Assembly: GCF_006345805.1 (NCBI RefSeq)
Contig: NC_043018.1
Span: 8,494,001-8,558,000, forward strand
From: Octopus sinensis
Taxonomy: Eukaryota
Length of the DNA: 64,000 nucleotides
Reading direction: 5' to 3'
Part shown: piece by piece, positions 50,843 through 64,000 of the stretch
How positions within the stretch are numbered: the stretch's first letter is position 1
How the letters are laid out: each line of letters begins with the position of its first letter
Program-made: the position numbers and the translations under genes
The notes under the pieces: generated by a model
The model's input: the letters and a program-made list of their open reading frames with translations, nothing else
What the model was told of the DNA's origin: nothing
Database searches by the model: none

Positions 50843-51524
50843 GGCAATGTTTCGTTTGTAGTAGCACACGTTTCCGTCGATTGTCAATTTCCTCCGTCGA
50901 TTTCCGTAAAAAACTTTTATTTTTTTACATATGGCTTTGCGGGAATATTTGAAGTAATGAGAGCGAAAGAGACTAAGAGGAAGCGATTTTATGACGAGGG
51001 AATTTCTTTTTGAAGTCCCCGTGTGTGTGTTTGATGGGGTGTGGGAGACAGACAGTATGTTGTGTAAGTGAAGTGCTTCTGTTAGTGTGTGCGAAGAGAC
51101 AGAGAGAGTAATGTGTGAAAGAGAGAGATAACTGAAATTTTTTACTCGGTGTATATGTATGTGTGTGTATGTATCTATGTATGTGTGTGTGTATGTATGT
51201 GTGTATGTATCTATGTATGTATGTATGGCCGATTCAGTGTAATTTTCTACTCGGTGTATATGTATGTCTGTATGTATGTATGTGTGTGTGTATGTATCTG
51301 TGTATGTGTATGTATGTATGGCCGATTCAGTGTAATTTTTTACTCGGTTTATGTGTATATGTATGTCTGCATGTATGTGTGTGTGTGTGTATGTATCTAT
51401 GTATGTGTGTGTGTGTGTAAGTATGTGTGTGTATGTATGTATGTATGTATGTATGGCCGATTCAGTGTTTACATTTTTTACGGAAATCGACGGAAACGTG
51501 TGCTACTACAAACGAAACATTGCC
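50843..51524. mobile_element. Second MITE family with GG termini, TIRs of about 40 bp and an 8-bp TSD (Merlin-like), with internal tandem units
   Basis: TIR ggcaatgtttcgtttgtagtagcacacgtttccgtcgatt and TSD aaatgtga (50835-50842 / 51525-51532). Three internal 'tatggccgattcagtgt' units. Confidence 0.88.
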
Positions 51525-51840
51525 AAATGTGATTTGGGTGAAGATTACTCTATTATTTCTTCATGGTCAAGTGACCATGTGGAAGTTTTAACGCATCCAT
51601 TGACAGAAATCAACAAAAGAGGGGGAGGGGAATGCTATTTAATTTATTGCCAGGGTGAAGCGGGAAGATTTGCCTCCCTTGCTACATGGGTGTTTACTGC
51701 CAGCCAAAGGGAAGTTACTCAGTTTTGTTTTGTTGAGAAATTAATTCTATGGAAAAATCCTCCCCGTGATGTAAGGTGGCTGGCCAGTCTCCGTGGCAAC
51801 GCCTGCGGCTGACCATGCCATTTAATCTGAAGTGTACAAC

Positions 51841-52393
51841 TTTTCAACCCAATTTCTAGTTAACTAAACACTTAAACTTCGTATACTGGTAGAATGTGTC
51901 AAAATAAAACATTCTTTTTTTTGGCTTTCTTGAGAAAATTGTAATTTGTAAGTTTAACGTAGTTTAAGTTTTCGAATTTTAACCAATCAATTGCCTCTAT
52001 TTAACTAAAATCATTTGCTGCGTCTAAAACTGAGACAACATCCTGTCACTAACCCTAAACCTCCCCCATAATCCTAACCCTAAATTTTTTTTTTTCTTAA
52101 TTGTTATGCTTAAATTAATTGAACAATTAAGAAAAAAAAACCAAAGGCAAAAATTTAGGGTGAGGGTGTTGTCTCAGTTTTAGACGCAGCAAATGATTTT
52201 AGCTCAATTAGAGGCGATTCATTGGTAAAAATTCGAAAAATTTAACTACGTTAATCAAACAAATTACAATTTTCTCAAGAAAGCCAAGAGAAAAAAATGT
52301 TTTATTTTGACACATTCTACCAGTATACAAAGTTTTAAAGTGTTTAGTTAACTAGAAATTGTGTTGAAAACTGCCGTTCAAAAGGAAAAGATC
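51841..52393. mobile_element. Foldback MITE of the same lineage
   Basis: Arms at about 51841-52050 and 52165-52370 are inverted. The right end 'aaaactgccgttcaaaaggaaaagatcc' matches the 41303 TIR. Confidence 0.8.
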
Positions 52394-54318
52394 CTTTCTC
52401 CTTTTTCTCTGTTCCCTTGGTGAGGTAATCCTGGTTTTATTTTTTTTTTTTACTTGGTAACTTTACCTTTTTTATAGGTGGAATTCGGTTTTAAGTATCC
52501 ATAACTTGTATTTTTGGGGGGAATTTTCAAGAAGTTCTAAACAGGAATTCATACAATTTTTTTATTCTTTTGTTTCAGTCACTTGAGTGCGGCCATGCTG
52601 GAGCACTGTTGTGAAGTGCTTTTGTCGAACAATTCGACTCCAGGACTTATTTTTGAGCCTAGTACTTATTCTATCGATCTCTTTGCCGAACTGCTAAGTT
52701 ACAGGAAAATAAACACATGCATAAAGATTACATATAAATATTTTTTTTGTGATTTAAAGGCGATTTAGCTGTTGTTTTTAGCACATCCCACGACTATCTG
52801 ATATCTTCCTTGTTGCTTTATCATTGACATTGTGAGATTTAAGCAATAAATTTGGACTGTTTGCATTTTTTTAAAGATTCAAAAAAGAGTGGAAAATTTA
52901 AGATTTAGTGGGGGCGGGGGCAAGGGACAAAAATTCAAAAAAAGCCTTTTTTTCACAATCATATAAATTCCCATGTGTAGAACACAAATTGGCAAAACAA
53001 TTCTGAAAATTCCAGAAAATAAGTTACAAAGGATTGTATAGGCTGCTGAAACCAGAATTCCACCCTTTTACATTTGTTGTTCTTATTTTGTTTTTTCCCC
53101 AGTAAAAATATGTTGCAAAGAAAAAACTATCAGCATCTTAAAAATTAAAAAAAATTATAAAGATAATTCTATGAACCAACTTCATTAAACAGAAAAAAAA
53201 AATTAGCATACAACACTTAGAGACAAAAATCCAGCTATAAATTCTTTTCATTTTTACTGACAGGTTTCAACCACTGGAATTATGGCCTTCCTGGGGCACT
53301 GTCTGCAACAGTTTCAATCACTCATTTTGACGTCAATACTAATTTCTTGTATTTAATGGTATAAAAGATACACTACCCCACCACCACAAAAAAACCGTCT
53401 AAAAAAATTATTACAAAAATACCCCCTTCCCCTTTCCCATATGTAAAGTTAGGTCTATATATTACATGCTTTCATCTCTTTAGCATTTAAATCAGCTATA
53501 TCCAGCCAAAATATTCAGCCCCTGTTTTATCTTCAAACTGGTCAGATCCAGCCTCTCACACTTCTACAAAAAAAATAAGGAGTGGCTGTGTGTTAAGTAG
53601 CTTGCTTACCAACCACATGGTCCCGGGTTCAGTCCCACTGCGTGGCACCTTGGGCAAGTGTCTTCTACTATAGTCTCGAGCCGACCAAAGCCTTGTGAGT
53701 GGATTTGGTAGACGGAAACTTAAAGAAGCCCGTTGTATATGTCGTGTATGTGTGTGTTTATCTCCCCCAACACCGCTTGACAACCGATGCTGGTGTGTTT
53801 ACATCCCCGTTACTTAGCAGTTCAGCAAAAGAGACCAAATATTTATTCACACTGATTTGAATTAGCCATGCATTACATTGTAGCTCTGAGATTTCAATGA
53901 TGTAATTCTCTTTTACTCTTTTACTTGTTTCAGTCATTTGACTGCGGCCATGCTGGAGCACCACCTTTAGTCGAGCAAATCGACCCCAGGATTTATTCTT
54001 TGTAAGCCTAGTACTTATTCTCTCGGTTTCTTTTGCCGAACTACTAAGTTACAGGAACATTAACACACCAGCATCAGTTGTCAAGCGATGTTGGGGGGAC
54101 AAACACAGACACATATACATATATATAACAGGCTTCTTTCAGCTTCCCTCTACCAAATCCACTCACAAGGCTTTGGTCGGCCCAAGGCTATAGTAGAAGA
54201 CACTTGCTCAAGGTGCCACACAGTGGGACTGAACCTGGAACCACATGGTTGGTAAGCAAGCTACTTACCGTACAGCTAGTTTAAAAAATGGTTCCCCAAC
54301 ATCATCCCTGAAACTTAC

Positions 54319-54465
54319 CTCCATTCTGTGGACGTTGACCTTAAAATCTCCTTTTTTGGCCTTGCGGATATTCTCTTCCATGACGCCAATCTGCTCCAGC
54401 AAGCATTCGACAATTTCTGTTTTGGCTTCAAGCAAAACAGGAGAGAACTTCTCATTTAGCCATGC
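54319..54465 (-). CDS. GINS4: GINS4/SLD5 coding exon 2 (AWLNEKFSPVLLEAKTEIVECLLEQIGVMEENIRKAKKGDFKVNVHRME)
   Basis: ctctag| acceptor, |gtaagt donor, 147 nt. Contains the SLD5 hallmark AW.NEKF.P.LL. Confidence 0.97.
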
Positions 54466-57400
54466 CTAGAGGGTTGGAAGACGAAAAGAAGATTATGAAG
54501 AACAGGATGATAACGATGAGGATGATGAGGATGATGATGATGACAAACAGTTTGTGGTAGTGATGATGTTAATTAGTAACAATTTTGAGTTGATGGCCAA
54601 TAAGTGTGTGATCATGATGATGATCATCATCACAATCATGAGGTAGTGAGTTCAATTCTTGAACCATGCTGTATGTTGTGTTCTTGAGCAAGACACTTTA
54701 TTTTCACTTTGTTCCAGGCGTAGGAGTGGCTGTGTGGTAAGTAGCTTGTTTACCAACCACATGATTCCAGGTTCAGTCCCACTGCGTGGCACCTTGGGTA
54801 AGTGTCTTCTACTATAGCCACAGGCCGACCAAAGCCTTGTGAGTGGATTTGGTAGACGGAAACTGAAAGAAGCCCGTCGTATATATGTATATATATATAT
54901 ATGTGTGCGTGTGTGTGTTTGTGTGTCTGTGTTTGTCCCCCTAGCATTGCTTGACAACCGATGCTGGTGTGTTTATGTCCCCGTTACTTAGCGGTTTGGC
55001 AAAAGAGACCGATAGAATAAGTACTGGGCTTACAAAAAAAAGAATAAGTCCCGGGGTCGAGTTGCTCGATTAAAGGCGGTGCTCCAGCATGGCCGCAGTC
55101 AAATGACTGAAACAAGTAAAAAAGAAAGAAAAAAAAAGTTCACTCAGCTGTAGAAATGAGTTGTGACATCACAGGTGCCAAGCTGTATCTACACCTTTGC
55201 CTTTGCCTAGGATAACATCTGTGGCATGAAGAGGGGAGGCTGGTAAGCTGGTATGCTGGCACTCCACAAACAACCTTGCCCGGACTCGTGCCTCAGGGGA
55301 GAACTTTCTAGGCACAACCCTACAGTCTTTTATGACCAAAGAGGGTCCTTTAATTTCTACTTTTAATAGCAGAAAGGCGGTGAGCTGGCAGAAACGTTAG
55401 CACGCCGAGCGAAATGTTTAGTGGTATTTCGTCTGCCATTAGGTTCTGTGTTCAAATAAACCCAATCTGTTACTTAAACGAGGGACATATTCATACGACA
55501 CAGAATGTTTTTTTACCTCAATAGACGTCAATATCTTACAAATTATAGAATTTTCTCAATAAAGCCAAGAGAAAAAGTTGTTTTATAAACACATTCTACC
55601 AGTATACGAAGTTTAAAATTTTTTAGTTACCTAGAAATTATGTTAAAAACTGCCGTTCAAACGGAAAAGATTCGATATTATTTATTAGAATCCAAGGGTT
55701 AGTAGCCCACGCTCTTATCCATTATACTATATGCCTGTGGGCACAAGAGATACCAGCAGAAAAAGTACCAGGTTCAAAAAGAATTCTGGGGTTCATTTGC
55801 TCGACTAAAATTCTTCAAGGTCTCAGCATGACTGAAACAAGTAAAAGATATCCTGCCTTATTTAAGACAGTTGTAAGTAAGTTGAGGAAGATTTTGCGGA
55901 TCTTTTTGATTTGAACAGCAGTTTTTAACATAATTTCTAGGTAACTAAAAAATTTTAAACTTCGTATACTGGTAGAATATGTTTTTAAACATCTTTTTTT
56001 TCTTGGCTTCATTGAGAAAATTCTATAATTTGTTGGGGTTTTTTTTTCTTCAATTTCTGCAATTTCAACCAATCAATGACGTCTATTGAGGTAAAAAAAA
56101 AAAACATTCTGTGCCGCATGAATATGTCCCTCGTTTAAGAAACACATTGGGTTTATTTACATTTGTGAAGAAAAAAAAGATACCCTTCCCCCCACCCTAA
56201 CCCTAAAACAGATTGAAATGCAATAGATCGATACTAGGGTCATAATTATGGGTGACAATTACATATGACACCACTAGAAAAAACTGCCGCTCAAACCGAA
56301 AAGATCCGATTCTGCTGCTATTTCTAATTGCAGGTCATGCAATTACTTAGAAGTGTCACTAGTGGTCTCATCTATCTGAGTACTGTATTAAGGATACGAT
56401 ATCTGTGAAATTCTCACACACACATATAAATAAACATTATTGACCACATATAGTTAATGTGCTTGCCAGTAGGGTGTGATTCAGCGCACTGGAGGGAACT
56501 CCCTCTCTCTCAAACTGCTAAAAAAAGTCTAAAATGAAGGGGTGGCGGTGGTAATTTAGAAATGTCGATTGTGGCCTTTTTTTTTTTTTTTTTTTTTGCA
56601 AATTCGTATTCCCCGTAGCCGAAAAGTGGGGTTAGTGTCGGAAAAGATCTTTTCGGTTTGAACGGCAGTTTTTTCTAGCGGCGTCATATGAAATTGTCAC
56701 CCGTAATTATGACCCTAGTATCGATCTATTGCATTTCAATCTATTTTAGGGTTAGGGGTGGGTGTAAATGTAAATAAACCCAATCTGTTTCTTAAATGAG
56801 GGACATATTCATACGGCACAGAATGTTTTCACCTCAATAGACATCATTGATTGGTTGAAATTGCAGAAATTGAAGAAAAAAAACAACAAATATCTTACAA
56901 ACTATAGAATTTTCTCAATAAAGCCAAGAGAAAAAGATGTTTTATAAACACATTCTACCAGTATACGAAGTTTAAAAGTGTTTAGTTACGTGGAAATTAT
57001 TTTTAAAAACTGCCGCTCAAACCGAAAAGATCCAATTTTTTTTAAGGGTCGTTTGGGGTGGGGACGGGCAGAAGTCTTTCCTTTTTATGCATTAATTTAC
57101 ATTTCCTCCTTCTCTCCATGCATGATGCAATATTTTGGCTCTCTTTTATTCTTTTGTTTCACTCATTTGATTGCGGCCATGCTGGAGCATCGCCTTGAAG
57201 GGTTTTAGTTGAGCATATCGACCTCAGGACATTTCTTTTATCAATCTATTTGGCTGGACCGCCAAGTTATGGGGACGTAAACACACCAACACCGGTTAGC
57301 AAACGGTGATGAGGGACAAACACATACACACAAATATATACAGGAGTGGCTGTGTGGTAAGTAGCTTGCTTACGAGCCACATGGTTCCGGGTTCAGTCCC

Positions 57401-58158
57401 ACAGTGTGGTACCTTGGGCAAGTGTCTTTTACTATAGCCTCGGGCCGACCAGAGTCTTGAGTGGATTTGGTAGACGGAAACTGAAAGAAGCCCGTCGTAT
57501 ATATGCGTGTATGTGTGTGTATATATATATGTGTGTGTGTGTATGTGTTTGTCCCCCAACATCGCTTGACAACCGATGCTTGTGTGCTTACGTCCCCGTA
57601 ACTTAGCGGTTCGGCCAAAGGGCCTAATAGAATAAGTACTAGGCTTGCAAAGAATAAGTCCTGGGGTCGATTTCTTCAACTAAAGGCGGTGCTCCAGCAT
57701 GGCCGCAGTCAAATGACTGAAACAAGTAAAAGAATAAGAGTAAAGAGTAATATATATATATCCGACGGGCTTCTTTCAGTTTCCGTCTACCAAATTCACT
57801 CAAAAGGCTTCGTTCGATTCGAGGCTATAATAGATAGTATATAGGTCCCAGGCAGTGGGACTGAACCTGTAACCAGGTGTTTGGGAAGCAGGTTTCTTAC
57901 CACACAGCCACGCCTGTGCTATGTTGATAATATTGATATCACTCAGGCTACCAAAGACTATTTCATGTTCCGCACAAATATTTTTTAATTACCTCGGCAG
58001 AATCGTCATCTACGCATTCGTAAAAATATCTCTTCATATTTTTCTTAAAAACCATGCGTTACTAACAAAGTTATAAAGAGGCAAAATCGATGATAGAGTT
58101 GGGCACTAAACTGTAATTATACCGATAAATAACCAGTTATTAATTATCAAAAACAAAC

Positions 58159-58251
58159 CTCTTCAAGTTTCGAGAGGACTTCATTAGCCGTCATAGGTTC
58201 GACATCTTCCTCATCACGACTGAAATCCAAAGAGAGTCCAAGATCGGTCAT
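58159..58251 (-). CDS. GINS4: GINS4/SLD5 coding exon 1 (MTDLGLSLDFSRDEEDVEPMTANEVLSKLEE)
   Basis: ATG at 58251, 93 nt, donor GAG|gtttgt. The acidic N-terminus and 'MTANEVLSKLEE' match the SLD5 N-terminal helix (human 'LTPAELIERLEQ'). Phase 0 into the next exon. Confidence 0.92.
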
Positions 58252-58294
58252 TGTTTCCTCATAAACCGAAGTGACAAACCCAGATTAATTGAAG

Positions 58295-58323
58295 TTTGGC
58301 GCGCTTTCTCATAGTCACGTGAC
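58295..58323. promoter_or_regulatory. GINS4 proximal promoter: E2F site TTTGGCGC (58295-58302) and palindromic E-box GTCACGTGAC (58314-58323)
   Basis: Exact motif matches 44-72 nt upstream of the ATG in a CpG-retaining patch. E2F control of replication genes is established in metazoans. Confidence 0.65.
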
Positions 58324-58738
58324 ACAACCACTCGAACACAAAACTTCACACGTCAAATCCTTTCGCCTTCTTTCTTTTTCTTTCTCTCATTTTTTCGCTC
58401 TCCTTCCTTCTTCCTTTCTTTCTCTTTGCTTTTTCTTATTTCTTTCGTTCTCTTCCCTTCTTTCATTTTTCTATTCTTTCTGTTTTTCATTCTCTCTCTT
58501 TTCTGCTTTCGGATCTTTTCGGTTTGAGCGGCAGATTTTTCTAGCGGTGTCATATGAAATTGTCACCCATAATTATGACCCTAGTATCAATCTATTGCAT
58601 TTCAATCTGTTTTAGGGTTAGGGTTAGGGGTGGGGGAAGGTATCTGTTTTTCTTCACAAATGTAAATAAACCAAATCTGTTTTTTAAACGAAGGACATAT
58701 TCCCACGGCACACAATGTGTTTACCTCAATAGACGTCA

Positions 58739-59100
58739 TCTCTCTATATAAACGGCAAAATGTCTGTGTGTGTGTCCTTTATACAAATCCACAATTTTTC
58801 ACTTATAGGGCTCGCATTTTCTAGGGTCATTCAAAACCGTCCAAGGGTGGTCGTGCACATCTTTACATTTCCCCAGTCACCCCGCAAAGCCAGTAAAAAA
58901 GCAACAGAAGTGACTTTTTCGTGAATTTTCTATGTAAAACCCAACCAAAATGCCCGAAACTTGATACGCCAATCGAATGCCAGCTAGCTGTATGTGATTG
59001 GTCGGAGATTTGGACAGTACTCGCGTGTATGTGCGCACGCACGCAGCTGTATATGCATGCACTAGCACTATGACCCGGCGTTGCAGTGTCATAGTGCTAG
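58739..59100 (+). mobile_element. Non-autonomous Helitron-like element
   Basis: Begins A|TC followed by 'tctctatataaa...gtctgtgtgt', and ends with a hairpin and CTAG|T. It truncates a MITE at 58738. Confidence 0.6.
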
Positions 59101-59379
59101 TAAAATATAAAACGATGATTGAAATGTATCTATGTATAAAATGAGGATGAACGTCATTGCCTGAACCCCACTCTCATTATCTGTTAGTTCATCAAATTTT
59201 AAAATCTTTTAAATCAATTTTACCTACCATACAAAATAAGGTTTAAGTTCATTATATTCTACCACCGGGGGTAGGGTTTCAAACCTCACCTCTAACCCCT
59301 GTGGGTCTATATCGGATTTGAATGGGTTTTTTTTAATATTTCGTATATTAGTTTATCAATCTACATGCATTCAGTATCC

Positions 59380-60135
59380 ATACCTTATACTGAGTACGTC
59401 TTATGGAGTTTCTACCTACACCTTTTCTACAGATCGAGCAGGGCCCTCTACCTGAAGGGATTTGTAACTTGTCTACCTTCCTACTAAATCTTTGGTTTTT
59501 GCTAGATTGACTCTAAGGCCCTTCAATTCTAGACCTTGCTTCTACACCTGAAACCTCCTCTCCTCTATTTCTGACAGTGACTCAGCTATTAGAGCAAGGT
59601 CATCAGCATAGAGGAGCTTCCAGGGTCAGCCTGTTTTGAATTCCTCTGTTATTGCCTGGAGGACTATGATGAATAAGAGGGGGCTGAGGACTGATCCTTC
59701 ACTATACTCGTTGCCAACCTTCACCTTGCTGACCGCATCCCTGTATATGGCTTGTACAACTCTCACTAACCACTTTTCTAACCCTAGTTTCCGCATTGAC
59801 CACTAGATAAGAAATCAGGGGACCCTGTCAAAAGCTTTCTCCATGTCAACGAAAGCCAAGTACAGAGGTTTATCTTTGACTAGGTATTTCTCCTGCGCCT
59901 GTGTTAACAGAAATTTAGTATCAGTGGTGCTTTTCTTTGGCACAAAGGTAAACTGCATCATGTAAACTAACTCCCACCCTAATTAGTTGGGTTATGACCC
60001 TCTCAGTGACCTTCATCATCTGATGCAACAATTTGATACCTCTGTAATTATTTGTATCTAATGCATCACCTCTACCTTTGTAGCAGTTGGCTATGGTGCT
60101 GCTACACCCATCATTGGGTATGACTCCTTCATGTA
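59380..60135 (-). pseudogene. Degraded RTE-clade LINE reverse transcriptase fragment
   Basis: Minus-strand motifs NYRGIKLL, LYLAFVDMEKAFDRVP and LLYADDLAL, interrupted by frameshifts. Confidence 0.9.
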
Positions 60136-60807
60136 TGTATATATCATCATCATCATCATCGTTTAGCGTCCGCTTTCCATGCTAGCATGGGTTGGACGGT
60201 TCAACTGGGGTCTTGGAAGCCAGAAGGCTGCACCAGGCCCAGTTTGATCTGGCAATGTTTCTACAGCTGGATGCCCTTCCTAACGCCAACCACTCCATGA
60301 GTGTAGTGGGTGCTTTTTACATGCCACCGGCACAGGTGCCAGACGAGTCTGGCTAACGGCCACGATCAGATGGTGCTTTTTATGTGCCACCGGCACGGGG
60401 GCCAGGCAAGGCTGGCAACGGCCACAAACGGATGGTGCTTTTTACGTGCCACCGGCACGAGGCCAGTCTGGGCGACGCTGGCAACGGCCACGTTCGGATG
60501 GTTCTCTTACGTGCCACCGGCACTGGTAACTCAGCTGCAATTTCCATTGATTGATTTCGATTCTGATTCTGATTCTCACTTACCTCAACAGGTCTTCACA
60601 AAAAGAGTTTTATGTCCCAAGAAGGGAAGGTATGCATAAGTGGGCTGGCTACATCCCATGTAGAAGGTCACGGGTTATGGTCTCACTTGTCCTGCCGGGT
60701 CTTCTCACGCACAGCATACTTCCAGAGGTCTCGGTCCTTAGTCATTTCCTCATTGAGACCTAAAGTTCGAAGGTCGTGCTTCACCACCCCGTCCCAGGTT
60801 ATATATA

Positions 60808-61850
60808 TACTAGCTTAAGGTGATCCGCTCTACGCGCGGGTAAGAGTGTGGTTGTTATTTTCTGTTGCATCTTTTCGGCACGTAAAAAGCACCATCCGAA
60901 CGTGGTCGATGGCAGCATCGCCTTGACTAGCTTCTGTGCCGGTGGCACGTAAAAAGCACCAACCGATCATGGCCGTTGCCAGTGCACCCCCCCCCCCGTG
61001 GCACAAAAAAAGCACCCACTACAATCACGGAGTGGTTGGCATTAGGAAGGGCATCCAGCTGTAGAAACACTACCAGATCAGACTGGAGCCTGGTGCAGCC
61101 TCCTGGCTTCCCAGACCCTGGTCAAACTGTCCAACCTGTGCTAGCACGGAAAACGGACGTTAAATGATGATGATGATTCTCTCTCTTTGTTTCTCTCTCA
61201 CTTTCCCACTCTCTTACTTTTCTTTTCTCTCGGAGTCTCCCTCGCTTTCTCTTACTCTCTATTTTTATCTATCTCTCTCTCTCCCATTTATAAACAACAA
61301 AAGATCTTGAGTAAGTTGAGAAATAAAATATTTTGAAAGATCAATCATAAATATCAGGCAGTGACAACGGAAAGGTCTGCTTCAAGGCAGAAAGAAAAAC
61401 AGTAACATTTAAAGGGGACAGACGAACTTGCGAGCTGAATAAAAATAAAAAAATATTGGAAACCAAAGTTTGAAGGGATAGAATCTGAGGATAGTAGAGT
61501 CACCATGGCTGGCATTTCTTAACGACGGACAGCAATGTATTGACAGTTTAACGACTGGCGTAAAATTTTGAACTTGATGTAAAAGAAAATTCCTAAACAC
61601 CAAGTTTTGAAGTGATTCTTTCTCACGACAGTAGACTCACCATGGCAAGCATTCAAAACTTCTTCATCATGGACGGCAACACATTGACGATTAAAAGGCT
61701 GGCGCAAATTTTTTAGCTTGATGTAACAGAGAATTCCTAAACACCCGCTCCTTTAAATTTTAATCCCCTTCCAGCCCCATTTAAACCCCTTTTCACATTT
61801 TGGTTAATATAACCCAATTTCATTTGGGTCTACTGGGGCCACATTTTATA
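60808..61850 (-). mobile_element. Helitron-like element (3' end at about 60810) with an RTE tail inserted and an internal duplication of about 137 bp
   Basis: Minus strand reads cccgcgcgtagagcgg (hairpin) then ctagt. The far boundary is uncertain. Confidence 0.45.
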
Positions 61851-62439
61851 AGATGAGGAATTTTGTCCTAGAGGTCATGCCTTTCATTTGAGGAAAAAAA
61901 TAGTTGTCATGCAAACTCGCCAGCACTTTTAACATAGGTGTGCATATTTTCAGCTCAACTGACCACATAATGCACACATTATATATATATATATATATGT
62001 ATATATGTGTGTGTGTGTGTGTGTGTGCGCACATTATATATACAAATGTATACAAATTATATATATATATATGTATAAATTAAATTAGGGATAAAACCAC
62101 TAATAGGCAAATCAAACAGTGAAAAACATAAACCAAAATATAAAAATAAAATATAATATACAAAATATATAAAATATAAAATTGAAAATTTTAAATTATT
62201 TAAATTTAAAATAAAAATTATTAATTTATATTTATAATTTTTATAAAAATATATATAACTATCAAAAAGTATTAAAAAGTTTAATATACATAAATACAGA
62301 TATATACACTTTGTATATATACATTATATATACATATTTATATATGTAACACACGCACACACACACACATATATAAATTAACCCAATAAATATCTGATTC
62401 ATAATATTTGTTCTCATGATTGTGTGGTGGGAGTAGAGT

Positions 62440-63050
62440 GAATGAGGGAGGAAGACAGATACATAAAAGAATGCCTATTTACAAATGTACCTATGTATGT
62501 ATACTTTGTGGGTATTGGGGTATCTCTACCTTCTACGTTTATTTCCTATTTAGTATGGGTATGTTTCATTTTGACATATTCTTGTATTTGTCATAGTGAC
62601 AAGTTCTTCAGGTACTTGGATAAGATGTGGGTGTCATTTAGGCCCAGTGTGCCTCCAGGTTGGTTTTTGCCATGTTGATAGAGTATGGAGGACTGTTTCT
62701 TGTTATCCTATTCCCTCCAGTGTTAATTTATCCTCTCTGCTATGCTCCTAGATGTTTCACCAATGTATGTCATGATTCTGTCCTTACAAGCACCTTCTAT
62801 GTATCTTATGTTGTAAACTACATTTCTAGTTTTACAGTTAATCCAAGGGTTAATCTTACATACTACGTTATTCTCATTGATGCATGTGGGGTTCTCAAAG
62901 GAGTTTGTCCTACGAAACTGTCATCTAATGGAACTTCCTAGTTCCTCAATCGTTTTAATGTTGGGTTTGGTCTCCCTCAGAACCTTCTTAAATCTATGGG
63001 CTATTTCCCCATGGGGTGTGGCCTCTACAAACATCACTCCTTGACATTTG
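62440..63050 (-). pseudogene. Penelope-like element GIY-YIG endonuclease remnant
   Basis: Minus strand 62839-62715 reads 'NCKTRNVVYNIRYIEGACKDRIMTYIGETSRSIAERIN*HW', matching the VVY...YIGET.R...R..EH GIY-YIG pattern. Confidence 0.8.
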
Positions 63051-64000
63051 TCAGCCTTGTACCATGTGAACATTAAGATCAATGTGAAACCAGACAGCTG
63101 GTATTTTGATTAACATACAACACCAACTATCAACACATATTGATTGTAATGATGGAATGAACAGATGTGCTTCAAGACAAAACAGCTGGGATTGGCAGCG
63201 CATCTGAGCACTGTATATAAAATCTCTTCTGTCTGTCTGTGTGTGGGTGTGTCTTCTAGGATCTCGGGCATCCTTCACCTGATTGCGCTCAAATTTGATA
63301 TGTAGATATCGACGGTATCAGGGCGTGTATAAGTCTTGAAAAAATTACAAAAATCGATTCCAAGTGAGAATGCGATCGATAAAGCCGTTTTTGTCCTGCT
63401 TTTCTTCCGTCAACCTGTACATAACTGCACCTTCCATTTTTTGTTGTTTTTGTACTGCTTAAAAGCACGTTTCTTTCCTGCCAAGCTTACTGTTTAAACC
63501 ATGTTTGTGTTCTCCCAGTCAACAGCCTTATCATTACTGGTACTTTAAACTCTTCGGTTGCATATTTGTGTGAATAAAATCGTTTTTCTTTGAAACAGAA
63601 AAAAAGTCTATCTTTATTTCTTCTTTTGCTGGTGTCTCAAATTTAGGTTAAATCAGTGTTTCTCAAAGGGGAGGCCTATGGGATGGTCGGACAAGTAGTT
63701 TTGAGAAAATTTGGTTTAAATGTTTGACATCTCAGCACCGTCCATTGGATGGGGGGGGCGTTTTGCTCGTTACTTATATAATTACATATGTGTGTGCGTG
63801 TGTTAGGATTTATTCTTAAATTCTTTAACCCACTATATAGCATTTAGCTGCTTTAAACCACTATTAACTCTCCATGCATCCTTCAAAAATGATAACCTAA
63901 ACCCTACAAGCTCATAAAAATCCTGAATAAGTTCTACCCCACCATATAGTTAGAATATGACTTTTTTTTCTTAGCATTTGACCATATAGGTGTAGGAGTG

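Noticed and set aside
58605-58635. (TTAGGG)n suggesting a telomere or interstitial telomeric site
   Set aside because: Only 2-3 units, and they are an internal part of a MITE family.

Overview
Eukaryotic, AT-rich, very repeat-dense genomic DNA. The tRNA-derived SINEs, RTE-LINE tails ending in (GAT)n and TA/CA/TAA microsatellites suggest an octopus or other coleoid cephalopod (inference). Nearly all ORFs in the supplied track are spurious translations of repeats. The window holds one complete protein-coding gene on the minus strand: GINS4/SLD5, a DNA replication GINS subunit. Its 7 GT-AG coding exons (58251-58159, 54465-54319, 45717-45664, 41844-41750, 8435-8347, 4589-4499, 2600-2504) join in frame to 666 nt, i.e. 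221 aa plus stop. An E2F site and an E-box lie just upstream of the ATG, and intron 4 is 33.3 kb. The introns contain SINEs, RTE/CR1 LINE fragments, Tc1/mariner and piggyBac remnants (one nested, with an empty-site control in the window), 8-bp-TSD MITEs, Helitron-like pieces, a solo LTR and Penelope-like remnants. The most interesting signal is a set of nine minimal hammerhead-ribozyme-like motifs from several repeat families inside the GINS4 introns. One (40908-40950) has an intact canonical core on the pre-mRNA strand; others carry non-canonical core bases.
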